From the NCBI GenBank assembly GCA_964016885.1, contig OZ024750.1:33480001-33544000 (forward strand): 64,000 nucleotides of DNA, given 5' to 3'. A model generated the notes under the pieces. The model had not been told where the DNA came from, searched no databases, and was given only the letters and a program-made list of their open reading frames with translations. Below, in pieces: positions 41,096-55,539 of the stretch. This DNA comes from Eledone cirrhosa (lineage: Eukaryota). Both the position numbers and the translations under genes were made by a program. Each line of letters begins with the position of its first letter. Within the stretch, counting starts at the first letter, position 1.

Positions 41096-41296
41096 AAATA
41101 TCGTATCCGTCTTAGTTTATCTAATTATTTCGTCTAAATGAGAGGGCTATGTTCATGATCGATTCTACCAAATACGGTAAGATCGATGTGGTTGTGTTCT
41201 TGTTGGACAATTGCATGTCGATTAATGTAGGGAATATATGACGGGTACAGAGAGAATTTGAAAATGGTCGGCGTTCTGAAGTGGAAGGTTGGACAT

Positions 41297-41417
41297 AATA
41301 ATTGTTTCTACTTTTGGCACAAGGCCAGCAATTACCCAGTACATTACTGGTACTTTATTTTATCGACCCCGCAAGGATGAAAGGCAAAGTTAACCTCGGC
41401 GGGATTTGAACTCAGAA
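41297..41417 (-). mobile_element. 5'-truncated main-family SINE with TSD
   Basis: gaaggttggacataataat duplicated at 41284 and 41415. Confidence 0.85.
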
Positions 41418-42208
41418 GGTTGGACATAATAATGAACTTAGGCTTTGTAATTAAATATAAAATTGATGCTGAGAGGAAAATATAGACATAGTAATGAGTA
41501 AACCGGATAAGCCTGGATGAACGAGGTACAAACCAACTAACCCGGATGAATAGAGCTTATTGCAATAGATGTAGAAAAAAAACAAAGTGAGAAGGTATAT
41601 CTGTAGTAGAGAAATGGAGGTTTTATTGTCGGGTGTCTCCATGTCAAGCAACTTGGTTGCCTCAAAAGAATCTTTTTGTGCAGTTTTCCCATACTTCTCA
41701 ATTCAAATTCCCGTTTAAGACATTATCAAGACGAAGGCCGATGGTAACTTCTTTTTCCGTCTTTAAAGGGGCTTCACCCTATTTTATAAGCTATTCTGTA
41801 GCATCTTCGCAAATGACTGTGTGTATATGTGATGTGTGTGTGTGCGCGTGCGTGCAAGTGTGTGTGTGTGTGTGTGTGATGACGGTCGCGAGAACGACTT
41901 CTCAATACTACAAAAGAGATTAATATATCCTTTATTAACGCCAATTTTGAGTCTTGTTACTCTGGAGTTAAGATATATACCGGCCGATGGCCACTTATTT
42001 TTCCGTCTTTAAGAGTCTTTACCCTATTTTATAACCTATTTCATAGCATCTTCGAGCATGAGCACACCCTTCTTTATATTAACTTTATCCCCTCAGCGCT
42101 TCGTAAAAGTCAGAAAGATCGACTATGTATACACGATTACATACATTTCTTTTCCCCAAATTCTTCTTTTTTAAATGACTTTTAATACCTTCTTCTTTCT
42201 ATAATAAA

Positions 42209-43106
42209 CTAGCAGTGGTACGCGGCGTTGCACGGGATAAGGTACTTTGGAACGTGGGCCGCCAACAGATCTAATCGTGGAAAAACTGCATGCCTGGACA
42301 ATATGTAAAGAAAATAAACAGAATACTCTGATGACTGGATAATCTTTAAGATTTTACTCGGTGAAGCAAGAAAAATGCAGGTTTTCACCTAATGCGGGCC
42401 CTAGGGGATCAAGAAAATTATTTTTTTATGTGCATAATATGCCTTGAAATTTCGGGAAAATCGGTTAGACGTAACGCCTCAAAAAAGCCCTAAAAAGCTG
42501 AAAAAATGAAGTTTCTCACCTAATGCCATAAAAAAGTTGGATTTTCTTTGCTCACGGTAATAGAAGAGACTGACTAATAGATAGTTACAATTTCAAGGAA
42601 ATCGGTCTGACGTAACGCCTCAAAAACCCCTAAAACCTGAAAACACGCAGTTTTTCACCTAGGGGATCAAAAAGTTGAATTTTTTATGTGCATAACACTC
42701 CCTGAAACATAAGTTATACACATGTAATGTTTGAAAAAAGTCGGTTGGGTACTTCTCGAGTTTTAGGGATTCAAACTCACAGACACACACACACACACAG
42801 ACAGACATCCTCAGGGAAGTGACGTAATGCAGACAGCCAGACATACAGACAGATATTATAAGGGCGCGACGTTATATGCATGTATCTATCTAAAAAGAGA
42901 AAGACTAAGAATTATAGAGAGAGATCGCTAAATCGCCTAATGCGGTCCCTAGGACATTGAAAATTTGAAATTTATTTTGCTCAGAACACTCCCTGAAACA
43001 TAAGTATTACATGTGTAAAGTTTGAAAACAGTCGATTTGGTGTTTCTTGAGTTTTAGGGATTCAAACACACACACATACAGACCACCTCAATTTTATATA
43101 TATAGA
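42209..43106 (-). mobile_element. Non-autonomous Helitron with internal repeats
   Basis: CTAG end at 42209-42212 with cgcggcgttgcacgg hairpin; TC(TATATATA) start at 43106. Confidence 0.75.
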
Positions 43107-43815
43107 CTAGCAGAAAACCACCCGGTGGGCGGTTTTCTGCTAACAAATCTAGTGTATATACTGAAATTTTAATCATACCATTAGGTGTGAATAAGGAAAT
43201 ATTTTTTTATTGTCAAAACAAATGTTCAAAAGTTAAACTTCAATTTTTTGAATTATTTCCAATTTTTTCATGAAATTGAACACTGGACATTGGCTGCTGG
43301 AAATGGAAATTAAATCGTATTTAATTGTATTTAAATTTCTAACCTTATTTTATTATTTATATTTTTTCAATAAGAAATTTAAAAAAAAAAAAAAAAATTG
43401 AAGAAAAAAATTGAACAAATCAAACGTAGGTTATGGAACTGCGCAATCTGATTAATAAATTACCTCATCAGCAGCAACCTTCTTCAAATGGTCCTTATTA
43501 TCAGCAGCAACAACCACAAATTCAATGGCAACCTTCTTCGCATGGTGTCAAGTCAGAACCGCCTCGAACTGGTTACTTCTGGCTTGTGCAAGGTGTCTCT
43601 ATAGCAACCAGCGATTCCCTCGGCCTCAGTGACCAAAGTCAGTGGAGAGGGGAAGGTAATATTTCTGTAGCACGTGTTTTAGCGTCTATTCACTCTCTCT
43701 CTCTCTCCCTCTCTCCCTCCCGATATCCCCCTCTCGTAGTCTGTCTCTTTCTTTCACTCTCACTCTCTGCACTTGTTTCCACTGTCGGACAGACAGACAG
43801 AGAAATATAAGTAGA
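43107..43815 (-). mobile_element. Second non-autonomous Helitron, head-to-tail with the previous one
   Basis: CTAG at 43107-43110 with a GC-rich hairpin; (GACA)n and TC start at 43815. Confidence 0.7.
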
Positions 43816-44990
43816 TAATATGCATTTCGATACAAATTACTGTCTGAACAAAATATTTTTTTTTGTAGTGTCCATAGCGCAGAGTGGAAACTTATGTAAA
43901 AGGATGATTTCATTCAAATTTTAAATTTTACTATGGGGAAAAGATTTTGTATTGCGATTATTTTATCTTTATCATTTCGATCATTTGGTTATTGTTGTTT
44001 CTATTGTTGAGTTTCTTCTGTCGAAACAAATCAATAGCTAGGAGAAACATCTGATAAAATAGATTTACTGGGATAATATATTTCAATCGCTACCTACATT
44101 CACAGACAAAAGTATTTCAATGTTTGGTTTGGAATACGAAGACATTTCTATGCTAGATTATATCAAATTTCAGGGCATGAGTCAGAAATGGTGTTATTTT
44201 ATTTCCATGTTATTATAAGAAGCAGTTGTTCCTGAACTTTCTACACAGAAACCTTGAACGAAACTGCTTTTATTTACATATTTACATGAACAATTTAGTT
44301 CAATACATGCAAATGTATGATAACAGAATCAACACTTCACTGACATTCCTGTTCATTTTTGTACATGTGTATAAATATAAACATATATATATATATGTAT
44401 ATGTATATATATATACTGTATATGTGTATATATATATACGAACATATATATGTATAAATATATATATATATATGTGTGTGTGTGTATGTGGGTGTATGAA
44501 TATATATAATTACAAGTATGTATATATGTGTGTGTATTTATATGTACACCCACTCAAACAATTCAATAAATTATATACACAGGCCATTCTAAGTTCGTCA
44601 ACATAACTGCTTGCGTGTCGTTTTATCTATTTTTCTGTTTCTTTCTCTTTTACGAAAGTTATATAGATGCTATATTTACAACTTAGCTTCTTTATTGATT
44701 TTTTCTGCGGATAAAATTCAATATATTGACCAAGGGTTGGAGTGAAATGCTGCTTCTCGTCTGGCAGGACAGTAGCATTGCTGCAGATATGAAAGTTATC
44801 TGATAAAACAATCGATTATTTACGCTAGTTGAGAAATAGTTTTAAGTCTTAAAAGCTAACGCTTACAAACAACAGCTGCGGTTCTGACATCAAATTTGCT
44901 TCTATTCCAAAGCTATTTAATATGAAATATATTTTTATATTTCTATGTCACTTTATATCGTGATTATTAGTTATAGAAACACACACACAT

Positions 44991-45093
<103 letters not shown>

Positions 45094-45154
45094 ACATGTT
45101 AATCCCCAACATACATACATGTATGTATAAATATATAAATATCTATACATACAT

Positions 45155-45207
<53 letters not shown>

Positions 45208-45911
45208 AATATATACACATATATAAATATATACACATATATACACATATATATAAATATATATAAATATATAAATATAAATATATATATTCTATTATGT
45301 GTTTATGTGAACATCATTCTATTATGAGTGTATGTGTACATACATACAGACAAACAAACAGACAGAGATACAATTACACGTATACCCTCTCATTTCTATA
45401 TACTATATACATATATAATTAAGTTAGATAATTTATGCGACTTTTATTTGATTCGTGCAATATTCTTATAGTTTTTCTTGCTATTTTTCGATTCTTGTTT
45501 GTTGCTATTAACTGAAATCAGAGTATTTGTTGTCAGGTTTGTAGATATTATTAATGCGGATAGCTTTGCTATCCGCATTCCTAAATTATTCTGGCAAGGG
45601 AAGGCATATTTTATGCAGCCGATAGTATTATTCGACAGAAAATGTCGTAAAACAGATGCTTATTATGAATATGATGTTCTGTATATGTCATAATATTCCA
45701 TGCATCATATACTTGTGTGTGTATATATGAAGTGCCCATCTACATGGTTTTATGGTTTTTATATATTTCCAACGTAATAATGCATGTGTATATATATATA
45801 TATATATATAATTAAGTTAGTCATACAAAAGTGAGTTACAAACGAAACGAAATTTAATTTCGTTTCGTTATTTGTTTTTATATATATATATATATATACA
45901 TATATACATAT

Positions 45912-46000
<89 letters not shown>

Positions 46001-46179
46001 CATATATATGTATATATACATACATATATACATATATATATATATACAAGTACATATATATACACATATACATATATAAACACACATATATGTATACATA
46101 CATATATATATACATATATATATATATACACACACACACATATATATATACATAATATATACATATATATATTCACATA

Positions 46180-47450
46180 TACTATTTTCAGCAATCCTGA
46201 CATGGCTGATTTGGGCTGTATCAGTGATGTTAATCCCCAACACACTATATTGGACATAACGTTTGACCCCTCTGATGTCTTAGCGGCAATAAACAAAACT
46301 AAACACAATTCAGCAGTAGGCCCCGATAGGTTCCCTGCTTGTGTCCTGAAGGTGTGTCGACACCAACTTACATCTCCTCTTGCTAATCTGTGGAGGAACT
46401 CACTGGATGCTGGATATATATACCAGAAAACTTACTATCCCAATCTCTTGTCCCAGTTTTCAAAAAGGGAAACAAATCCCTTGCCGTGAATTACCGTCCA
46501 ATCTCACTCACCTCTCATATCATTAAGGTATTTGAGAGGGCGGTGAGATCACAAATAACTAGCTTTCTCGAAAGCAACAATCTGCTGAACTCCAGCCAAC
46601 ATGGATTCCGTAATGGAAGGGACTGCCTAACGCAGCTCCTGCATCACTTTGATGACATTTTGAGAGCTTTGGGAGAGGGCTCCAACACTGATGTCATCTA
46701 CTTTTATATCAACAAGGCATTTGACATGGTTGATCACAGCATTCTACTAAGAAAGCTATCCAGCATCGGTGTCACTGGACAGTTGCTGCAGTGGATCAAG
46801 TGTTTCATGTCAAACAGAGCCCAACATGTAGTAATTGAAGTAGTAAATTCCAGTCCATCCAAAGTCAGTAGTGGTGTCCCACATGACACTGTGTTGGGCC
46901 CACTTCTTTTCATTATCTACATTAATGACATTACTAACATTCATCAAGCACAGCAGCATAAAAATCTACGCAGATGATTCCAAGCTCCAGAAGGTCATCA
47001 ATGGCGTAGGTGACCGGATATGCCTCCAATCAGACTGTTATCCATTGGGTGGAAAAGAACAATATGCTGCTGAGCAAAAATAAATTTGAGTTCATCCACT
47101 TTGGAAAAAAGGATACCCTGAAACTCCCATACTCCCTTCATTCGGGTGAAACTCTAGTGGCATCTAACAACATCAGAGACTTGGGAGTAATTGTGGACAG
47201 CAACATAAGCTGGGCCATCCATATAAACAACAAAGTTGACATGGTCCCAGAACCTTCGAGTCGAGAGATATCCTTCTCTCCTCCACGTTCGCCAGACCAC
47301 ACCTTGAATACTGTGGTCTCCCCACACGAAACAAAGTATCATGAAAATTGAAGCTCCTCAAAGATCAATTACAAAAAAGATAGATGGCATGACAGGCCTT
47401 GACTATTGGGGTCGACTAGAAAAACTCAAACTTTATTCTTTCCAACATCA
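46180..47450 (+). pseudogene. 5'-truncated, frameshifted CR1/L2-group LINE reverse transcriptase
   Basis: NYRPISLTS, QHGFR.GR.C, KAFD.VDH, SGVP..TVLGPLLF.IYIND, YADD, RDLGVI, DYW.RLEKLKLYS across several frames. Confidence 0.92.
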
Positions 47451-47597
47451 AAAATATACCAATATTTTCCTTCTCCATCCTAACAACAATTTTCTTGTTA
47501 CACAGAAATCATTTGATATGTTATATTAACGATTGCTTCTTATTTTATAGAATGTTAGAAACATAGAAACAGTTTCTATTTGGGTTGGCATTTCTGT

Positions 47598-48020
47598 AGT
47601 GGGGTATGTGCTGCTGTACGGGTCTGAGACTTGGACACTGACCAAGAAACTCACTCAGATGGTGGATGGGTGCTACACGAGAATGCTGAGGATGGCTCTG
47701 AACATTAATCAGGATGAAAAACTCAGAGCTGTATGGGAGCCTCCCAAAATTCAACTGAAAAGTGACACAGAGAAGATTGGGGTTAGCTGAACATGCTCAC
47801 CGTAATCCAGAGTTGACATTGCACTCAGTGCTCCTGTGGGAGCCCCTACATAGACACACTGGAAGAGGAAGATCAAGGTTAACGTATGTTGATGCCCTAA
47901 GGACAGACACTGGTCTGTTGGAGACGCCGAACATGGCAGCGATAATGAGGGACAGAGACCGCTGGAGAGAACTCGTCCATGGATCTAGGGAATTTTACCC
48001 GCCCTAGAATAGAATAGAAT
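47598..48020 (+). pseudogene. 3' fragment of an RTE-clade LINE with (TAGAA)n tail
   Basis: VLLYGSETWTLTK..DGCYTRMLR.AL; RRL.LA.H..R; GRGRSRLTYVD; DRDRWR. Confidence 0.9.
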
Positions 48021-48214
48021 TGTTGGTAGGGTGTCTGACAACATGCTTTACAGCATAACGTCGTTTACACACAATTCCAGCATCTTCATTTAACCAACAT
48101 ATCCTCTAATTTGACAAAATAGTCAATTTTGGCTAAATTTATTTATTTATCAAATTTACAAAAACAAAACATTTCATAGAAAATGTATTAATCTCAGACT
48201 GTCGGAGGCTGTAA

Positions 48215-48435
48215 ATAATTGTTTCTACATTTAGGCACAAGGCCAGCAATTTTAAGGGAAGGGAAAGTTGATTAGATCGACCCCAGTACGTTACTGGTAC
48301 TTTATTTTATCGACCCTGCATGGATGAAAGGAAAAGCTAACTTAGGCAATATTTGAACTCAGAACATACAGGGCCGTAACTATATGTCACAAATCATGTT
48401 GTCTGACTCTCTACCAATACTGCCAATCTACTGCT
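48215..48435 (-). mobile_element. Main-family SINE
   Basis: Reverse complement of the consensus. Confidence 0.8.
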
Positions 48436-48504
48436 TTTGTTTGCTGTAAATAATGGTTTAGAAAATCTGGTAAAATACCTCTATAGACGGAAAATAGTGA
48501 TCAG

Positions 48505-48585
48505 CTGTCACTACGAAGAATCGAACCTCATATCTTTCAGTTACCGGCTGTCTGCTCTAACCATTGAGAGCAGACTAAACGGCCT
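48505..48585 (-). pseudogene. tRNA-like (SINE head or pseudo-tRNA) fragment
   Basis: Minus strand ctcaatggttagagca...ccggtaac...gaggttcgattc (box A and box B); no intact acceptor stem. Confidence 0.45.
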
Positions 48586-49080
48586 CTGATAACAATCCCT
48601 GTATTTTTCCTCAACCTCAACGTACTCCTCCGTATAGATGAACGTGTCCATGTTAGAGATTATATATAAAGAGATACACGTAAAATCTTTAATAATGTAT
48701 GTACATACATACATACACATGCATACGCACACACACAAATATATATATATACATATATATAAATACAAATATATGTACAAATACACACACACACAAATAT
48801 ATATATATATACATACATATATATATATAAATAGATATTTATATACATATATAAATATATGTACCAAAGTACATATATAAAAGGATATATTATAGAAAAC
48901 ATTATGCTTTAAATAATAGATTTTGCTGTTATTTTATTAAAGTTGTTAAGAGAGTGTTTGTCTTGGGTGTAACAGACTTTGAAGGAGATAGCGGTCATGC
49001 CTATATCTGACAATGAGTTAGAAGGTTGGGAATGAGAAGTTCTCGTTGCTTACAACATGCTGAACGAAACAAGACAAAAT

Positions 49081-49111
<31 letters not shown>

Positions 49112-49507
49112 CACCACAACTTCTCATGTACCTTCACAAACTTTGCCACAGAGAACCATATATTTTGCTGAATAATCCATGTAACAAAATATCCTGACTC
49201 CGAGATTCTCCTGAGCTATAAAGGGTTGGTTCATGGAAGGAGATAAAGACTGGAGATGTGGTGGAATGGGAGTGGGGCAATTTGGAAGGAATGTTCCAAA
49301 ATCGAATAAAATAAAGTAAAACAGGGAAATATTGTATTCTAAAATAGAATACACATCTTTCTCCTTCAGTCTCAGTTGTATGTCCTTTAAACCAGTGTGT
49401 GGGTAGAAATCTTGATAAAGACTATCTTAAATTTCTTTAACAAAAGAAAATCCTCTCCTATATATTTGTCACCCGGGTAAAGCCGAGTACCTCCGGAAAT
49501 AAATGTA

Positions 49508-49551
<44 letters not shown>

Positions 49552-49552
<1 letters not shown>

Positions 49553-50010
49553 TGGGAGATATTTAATTGTCCCTATATATTTCGGATTCACATCCATCAA
49601 TTGGGGTTTTTCCGGGGGGGGAGGTTGTCTGTCGGAAAGGTGCGAAACGTTTCGCACCTTTCCGACAGACAACCTCCCCCTCCTCCCCCCCCCCCCCCCC
49701 CCCCCCCCGGAAAAAAACCCAATTGATGGATGTGAATCAGAAATATTTAGGGACAATTAAATCTCTCCCAAGGTAACGCTTTCTCGTGTTATTATTTTTA
49801 TTTTTATCCTTTACGCTCTTTCCTGCATTCCTCTACACGCTACAGTCTTCTACACGCCACGCATCCCAACGTACACCCACTTACATCTCTCTCTCCTCCA
49901 TCGGATCTTGTTACCCGGAGATTTACCCATCTGCATTGTCGAGGCTTCCAAAAGACTTAAAGAAATTTACCTTATTATTCCACAATGCTTCAAGCAAACT
50001 TCAATACTCT
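49552..50010. mobile_element. Family E asymmetric palindrome in (TA)n, centre 49648/49649
   Basis: gcgaaac|gtttcgc centre; short arm ~100 bp; long arm ends ttcaatactct-catata like the 25152 copy. Confidence 0.85.
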
Positions 50011-50408
50011 CATATATATATATACATGGATATATTTTCTGGGAATATCTTCTCTTAACTGATTTACAATAAAATCCAATATCATAAGTAGAAATTGAAA
50101 GAGAAATATTCAATGATTTATCTTCTTTCATCCTGTCTTACCATTTCTTGTCACTATTATAACTAATGTCTTTTAGTTTTATCTAAACTGTATCTTGTAG
50201 ATAGACGCTATATTCCTAATATTAATATTCTATTCAGCTTTTAGCCCATTTACGTTTACTATACATATGCATATTCACAAACACTTACATACCTCTATCC
50301 ATTGTGCTTTTATGAATAGCTGATTTCCATATCTATATATAATAAATATGTGCGTTGCGTATATACGCATGTCTGTGTGTTTTATAGATGTAGATATGTG
50401 TATGCCTG

Positions 50409-50444
<36 letters not shown>

Positions 50445-50887
50445 GTACGTTTGTGTGTATCTTATAGATATAGATATATTTATATGCGTATGTCTGTCTT
50501 AAATATATATATTCACATGCGTGTGTTTGAGTGCATATGTGGCTTATTCAGATTTTGAGATTCTTCAATTTTATTAATATTTCGTGCATCAGTAAAATAT
50601 CAAGGTGAAAATCTAATGATAGCCTGGAAAGTTAGTTTTATGACATCTGTATTGACGTATGTTGCCGACATATATTCGATAACTTTGAAAATGTTTTTCA
50701 TTCCAATATTATCATATCTAAGATAAAATATGTCGCGGGAGTTTCAACGCTTATCTGCCAAAAATACAAAATTCTAAATGTAAAATATGGAAATTTTTCT
50801 ATTATTCATGAATCAATTCTAATGCATAAATATATCTTCATAGAGTGCTTTGTACATTTTTAATGTAATTAAATAATGTTGTTAATA

Positions 50888-51085
50888 CGAGGGTAGACTG
50901 AAAACTTCATAGGCTGACCAAGATACTCTCATGGAATGACCAAATGAGGTTAATTTTTCAACATGGTCCCTGGAAAGAAACAATGCAATTATTAATAAGA
51001 AGAGTTTAAATTAATGCATGCAAGATTTCATAGTTCTAGCCTCACTCCTTCATAGTCATCCTATGAACTTTTCAGCCCACCCACG
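50888..51085. mobile_element. Mariner-type MITE
   Basis: TIRs cgagggtagactgaaaacttcatagg / cctatgaacttttcagcccacccacg; TA on both sides. Confidence 0.8.
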
Positions 51086-51244
51086 TATGTGTCAGAGTAG
51101 TGGATTGTCAGATTCGTTAGAGTGTCAGATAGAAAGCTTTGCGGTATTCGGTCTAACAGAACAAGCAAGCACTAGAATAACTGATACTCGGATATCTGGA
51201 TATGAACCACGGAATGAAAACAATCTGGGCCCATTATTTCAATA

Positions 51245-51440
51245 AAGAGCGGTGGATTGGCAGTATCGGTAGAGGGTCGGACGCCATGCTTTCCAGCATA
51301 GTTACGTCCGTTTACGATCTGACTTCAAATCCCGCTGAGGTTAACTTTGCCTTTCATCCTTACGGGGTCGATAAAATAAAGTACCAGTAATGCACTGGGT
51401 AATTGCTGGCCTTGTGCCTAAAGTAGAAACAATTATTTCA
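51245..51440 (+). mobile_element. Main-family SINE with TSD
   Basis: attatttcaataaagagc duplicated at 51233 and 51432. Confidence 0.85.
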
Positions 51441-52831
51441 ATAAAGAGCTCGATTCAAGATTCTGAGAATGTTACTGAATAAGATACACACGCGAATGAG
51501 CTGAGAGAGAACTGTGACTGTCAAAACAGTGTGACGATAACGACCAGCCTGAGGATAATAATCTGAATATGGTGTGGTCTTGTCACTTCTACTGTAGTTG
51601 TAGGAGTGCCATATTGATATACGGCGTTTCTAGGGAATTTTTAAACCTGGTGGAGCCCAATCCTCTCCTAGCCTGAATACAGCAGATGTCCTCCAGAGAA
51701 GGACAGAGAGAGTGACAGAATGGAAGTGGTAATGAGATATAGAGGAAGAATCAACCCCCAGTATGTGACTGGTACTTTCTTTTTACAACCTTGAATGGAT
51801 GAAAGGCAAAGTTGACCTCGGCGGGATTTGAGTGAGCAGAGAGTCGAAACAAATACGGCAAATCATTTTAGCCAACGTTCTAATGAATATATTTTTTACA
51901 GTTTACTTTTATTTTTCTCGGATTGAGAGTAGAGAACTTTCTAGATGTTTTATGTAATATAGCTTACAGTATTATTATTATTTGAGTTCAAATCGTCAAG
52001 TGTGAATGAATAATTAATGATATTATCAGAATCAATAATAAGTGTACACTGCGTCCAGTAAATCCACTCGAGATTTTCCGTATTTAAAAAGAGGTTATTG
52101 TTCCAAATAATCTAAAGTAGGTGTAGAATTGTAAGTAAATATCCTACGTAGTGTTTTGGGGCCCCTTATATTTGAAATATTTTGATACTGATCAAAATGT
52201 TGTTATAGAGGATGGAAAATTCAAAAGTGTTCTATTTCTCTCTCATTTTGTTTATGTCAGAAAATATATTCATATAAATATTAGGATTGTGTATAAAAGA
52301 AATGGAGATTATTATATTGTAATTTAATTATGATAAGGGTAGGAAATGACAGAGTAAATTTTATTAATAAATCTTGTTATAGAAAGGAATCTGTTTGTTG
52401 TATAAATTCTCCATCTCTCAGGCATTGACAAAATAAAGAGAAAAATGTCGCTAATTAAAGCAGAAGGTAAAAAAAATGAACATCAAGTATATCTCATTTC
52501 TCTTAACGCTTCATCAGTTATTCAATTTGCGATATTTATAAATATAGAAACATGGAATAACGTTTAGAAAGTTTGAATCAAAAGAAGTAGATTCACCAAT
52601 ATAATCATGACTAACAGATATTAGTGGGAAAACTTTCTTATTAATATTTGAAAAGCTTTTTTATGAATAATCCGATTAAAATATTGGCTAAGAGATGGAA
52701 ATCATAGAAAAAAACATTTCATATTGAAGTCTCTAAATTATCTTATTAAGATTCTTGCATGATTTTATAATTTGGATTACACTTCATGTACATTCTTACA
52801 TATAATGAATTCATGCATACATATATGTGTT

Positions 52832-52905
<74 letters not shown>

Positions 52906-52949
52906 GTAAACAGAAATAAAGGTAACAGAAAAACGGTATATTACATGGA

Positions 52950-53340
52950 AGAAATATATTAGTTTAACGCTTGAAATATCAGGAAGACACTCTTAACCTT
53001 TCGGACACTAGTCCTTCATCAGAGGATAGAGTTAGATATAGAAGATAAATAGAAAGTAGAGAGTGATAAGAGGAAGGAATAGGGGAAAAAGAGGATCAAA
53101 AATTGAAGGAGAAAGAAACAGACGTACGTATAAAGTCGGTCACCTTCAAAAAGGATATCATACACACGACGCCAGCATCAACATTTTTGCTAGAGATGGC
53201 AACATGAATGGATCTGTTATTTTTCTTTTAATAAATAGTTTTCCGTTTCTGCCCTACTCGCCTCCTCAATCTTTCTATTTCTTCTTTAATTTCTCATTCT
53301 ATTCTCTGATGAAGGAGTAATGTCGGAAGCGTTTTTCATC
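52950..53340. mobile_element. Family F inverted hammerhead pair (core 53016-53022 minus; degenerate core 53306 plus)
   Basis: Minus strand CTGATGA-a-GGAC tagt GTCC-GAAA; same flanks (ctcattctat.., gcgttaaactaata) as 18561. Confidence 0.65.
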
Positions 53341-53736
53341 ATTAGACATGTACCTTATCCGTTTGTTCACAAAGATGCCTGGGGTCATCTATCTATCCAG
53401 TTCGTTTGTCTACCAACATATAAGAAAAAATTATACATTTTCTATATATTTTGTCTCAAGAGAACATGTTTTGCTTTATGTTATACATAAAACTTTGCAT
53501 CTTCGAAATATATATAAAGTAAATAGAGATGATATAAAGTGTATATCTTTCGTTTATTACTATATATATAGGTTAGCTCCACAACAGTTAATAAACCATT
53601 TTCGAGGACGCGCGTTTCACCTTGCAGATTTTCAACTCAAAAGAATGGGTCCCAGTGTTCCACCACATTATATATATATAGTTAAATGCTATTTCTATCA
53701 AACATTTAAAATATTTTCATAAAGATCAAAAGTGTT

Positions 53737-53905
53737 AGGGTGGTTGATTGGCAGTATCAGTAGAGCGTCGGATACCATGCTTTGCAGTATAGAGTTATGG
53801 CCCTTGAGGGTCTGAGTTCAAATCCCGCTAAGGTTAGCTTTGCCTTTCATCCTTAAGAGGTCGATAACAAAAGCACCAGTAATGCACTGGGTTGATTTAA
53901 TCTAA
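53737..53905 (+). mobile_element. Main-family SINE
   Basis: Matches the consensus. Confidence 0.8.
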
Positions 53906-55539
53906 TTAACACATAGACAAATACATACGCACACATACACACACATTGTTAATTAATAAATAAATCAACTAATACCTTAACACTTCACACAAAGTAAAAT
54001 ATTTCGTTTTAATCATTTTCTCACCCAGAAAAAAGAGAGAAACAATAAAAAGGGAAAAAAATATATTTTTCTTCCTAATAATCGTCTTTTTCTCCCTGTT
54101 CTCATATATATATATATATATATATATACTATAATAAAATAAGGAGTGCAGCACTGCGTACGGTTTATTTCTTTTAATCCAGTTAATAAAATAAGTTGGA
54201 TTACTTTGAATAAATAATTAATGAATATTACATAATTTATGAACTAAATTTCGTAAGTTTTGATTAAATTTAATATAAAAAATGTTATTGCTTATTTAAA
54301 ATTGACTTCTTTTCAAAGTTTCAAAGTTCTACACTTCCGGTATATCGCCGCCTCCACCACCACTTCAACTACCATATATATATAGAAAGAGAGAGTGTGT
54401 GATGAGAAAGACACAGATAGATAGTGATTATGATTTTCTACACGATGATGCGTATGCGTGTGTATGTGCACAGGCATACATCTGTATATAACTATAATCG
54501 CGCAAACACAAACTTATACAAATACTAGCTCACGGACATAGATTCACACAAATACACATACTTTCACACATATACATTTACACAAACACACACATACAAT
54601 CATGATAGCGCTCGATGAATTGGAAATGGGATGGTAAAACAAGTATAACGTTTTATTTATTTATTAACAACACAGTTTAACTCTTTCTTTTAAACTCATT
54701 TGTATAAAAATTTAATATAATGCTTACAGAACGAAAACACAAACAAATATAATATATACAAAGGAAAGGTAAAGGAAAAGAAGAAAGAGAAAAGATACAC
54801 AAGCAGGTAATACACACATCTTAGACCACATCAACAAAAGGCAGGCGAAAGAGTGGAAAAAACGAGACGGTACCAGATTAAATGATAGCAATATAGCGAG
54901 GAGCACTGGGAAACCTTTCTAATAATTTTTGAGGCAAGCCTGCACGCTCGCGGCGTTACCTGGGCTCATGGCGAGGCTGAGGTGCTGGAACAACGAAGTG
55001 CCCTCACGAGCATCACCAGTTACCTCTGTTCGGCGAGCCGCCAGTGAAGATAAGAACATCACTGTCAGTAGCCCGACTCCCCCAAACGTCTCGAACGGCA
55101 CAGGCTGGATAATGTAGTTAGCTGACAGAACACGGTATTTTAGGATTTTATTCAGTTCGGCTGCGTCTGCTGTAGCTCTCGCCCTTACCGCTACATCAAG
55201 GATGTGGGAAGAAGCAAAAGAATCACTAACTGTGATGTCTTAGGTAAAGCACCTGCCTCTTGACCAGGAACACAGAGTATTTTCCCATCAATTCTGACAA
55301 CCCAGACGGTTCCAAAGTTGAGGGGATTTTTTCCCGGCCCAATGTTTATAAATGGTAATAGGACAGTGTGTGTATGTGCACGCGCGTGATTTTGTCGGCG
55401 TTCTTAAATTAGAGACATATGTGTGTGTGTGTCACTGTTTTTAAGTTAGGGACATATATGTGTGTATCCCTTTCCTTCCTTTTACACACACATACATTCA
55501 CACAAACACACATACACATTGCGTGATGTACGGGTGGAC

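Noticed and set aside
40519-42056. Short local direct duplications (40519-40612/40651-40745; 41736-41810/41981-42055)
   Set aside because: Diverged, no ribozyme or terminal signature; treated as ordinary duplications.
48541-48660. Possible minus-strand exon (MDTFIYTEEYVEVEEKYRDCYQRPF..)
   Set aside because: No convincing splice context or domain; overlaps a tRNA-like box A/B fragment.
52485-52520. Minus-strand CUGAUGA..GAAA (similar case at 63283-63312)
   Set aside because: No helix II or helix I; compatible with chance or heavy decay.
54720-55350. GC-richer segment with short ORFs, possibly an L1/Tx1 remnant
   Set aside because: No diagnostic motif I can support.
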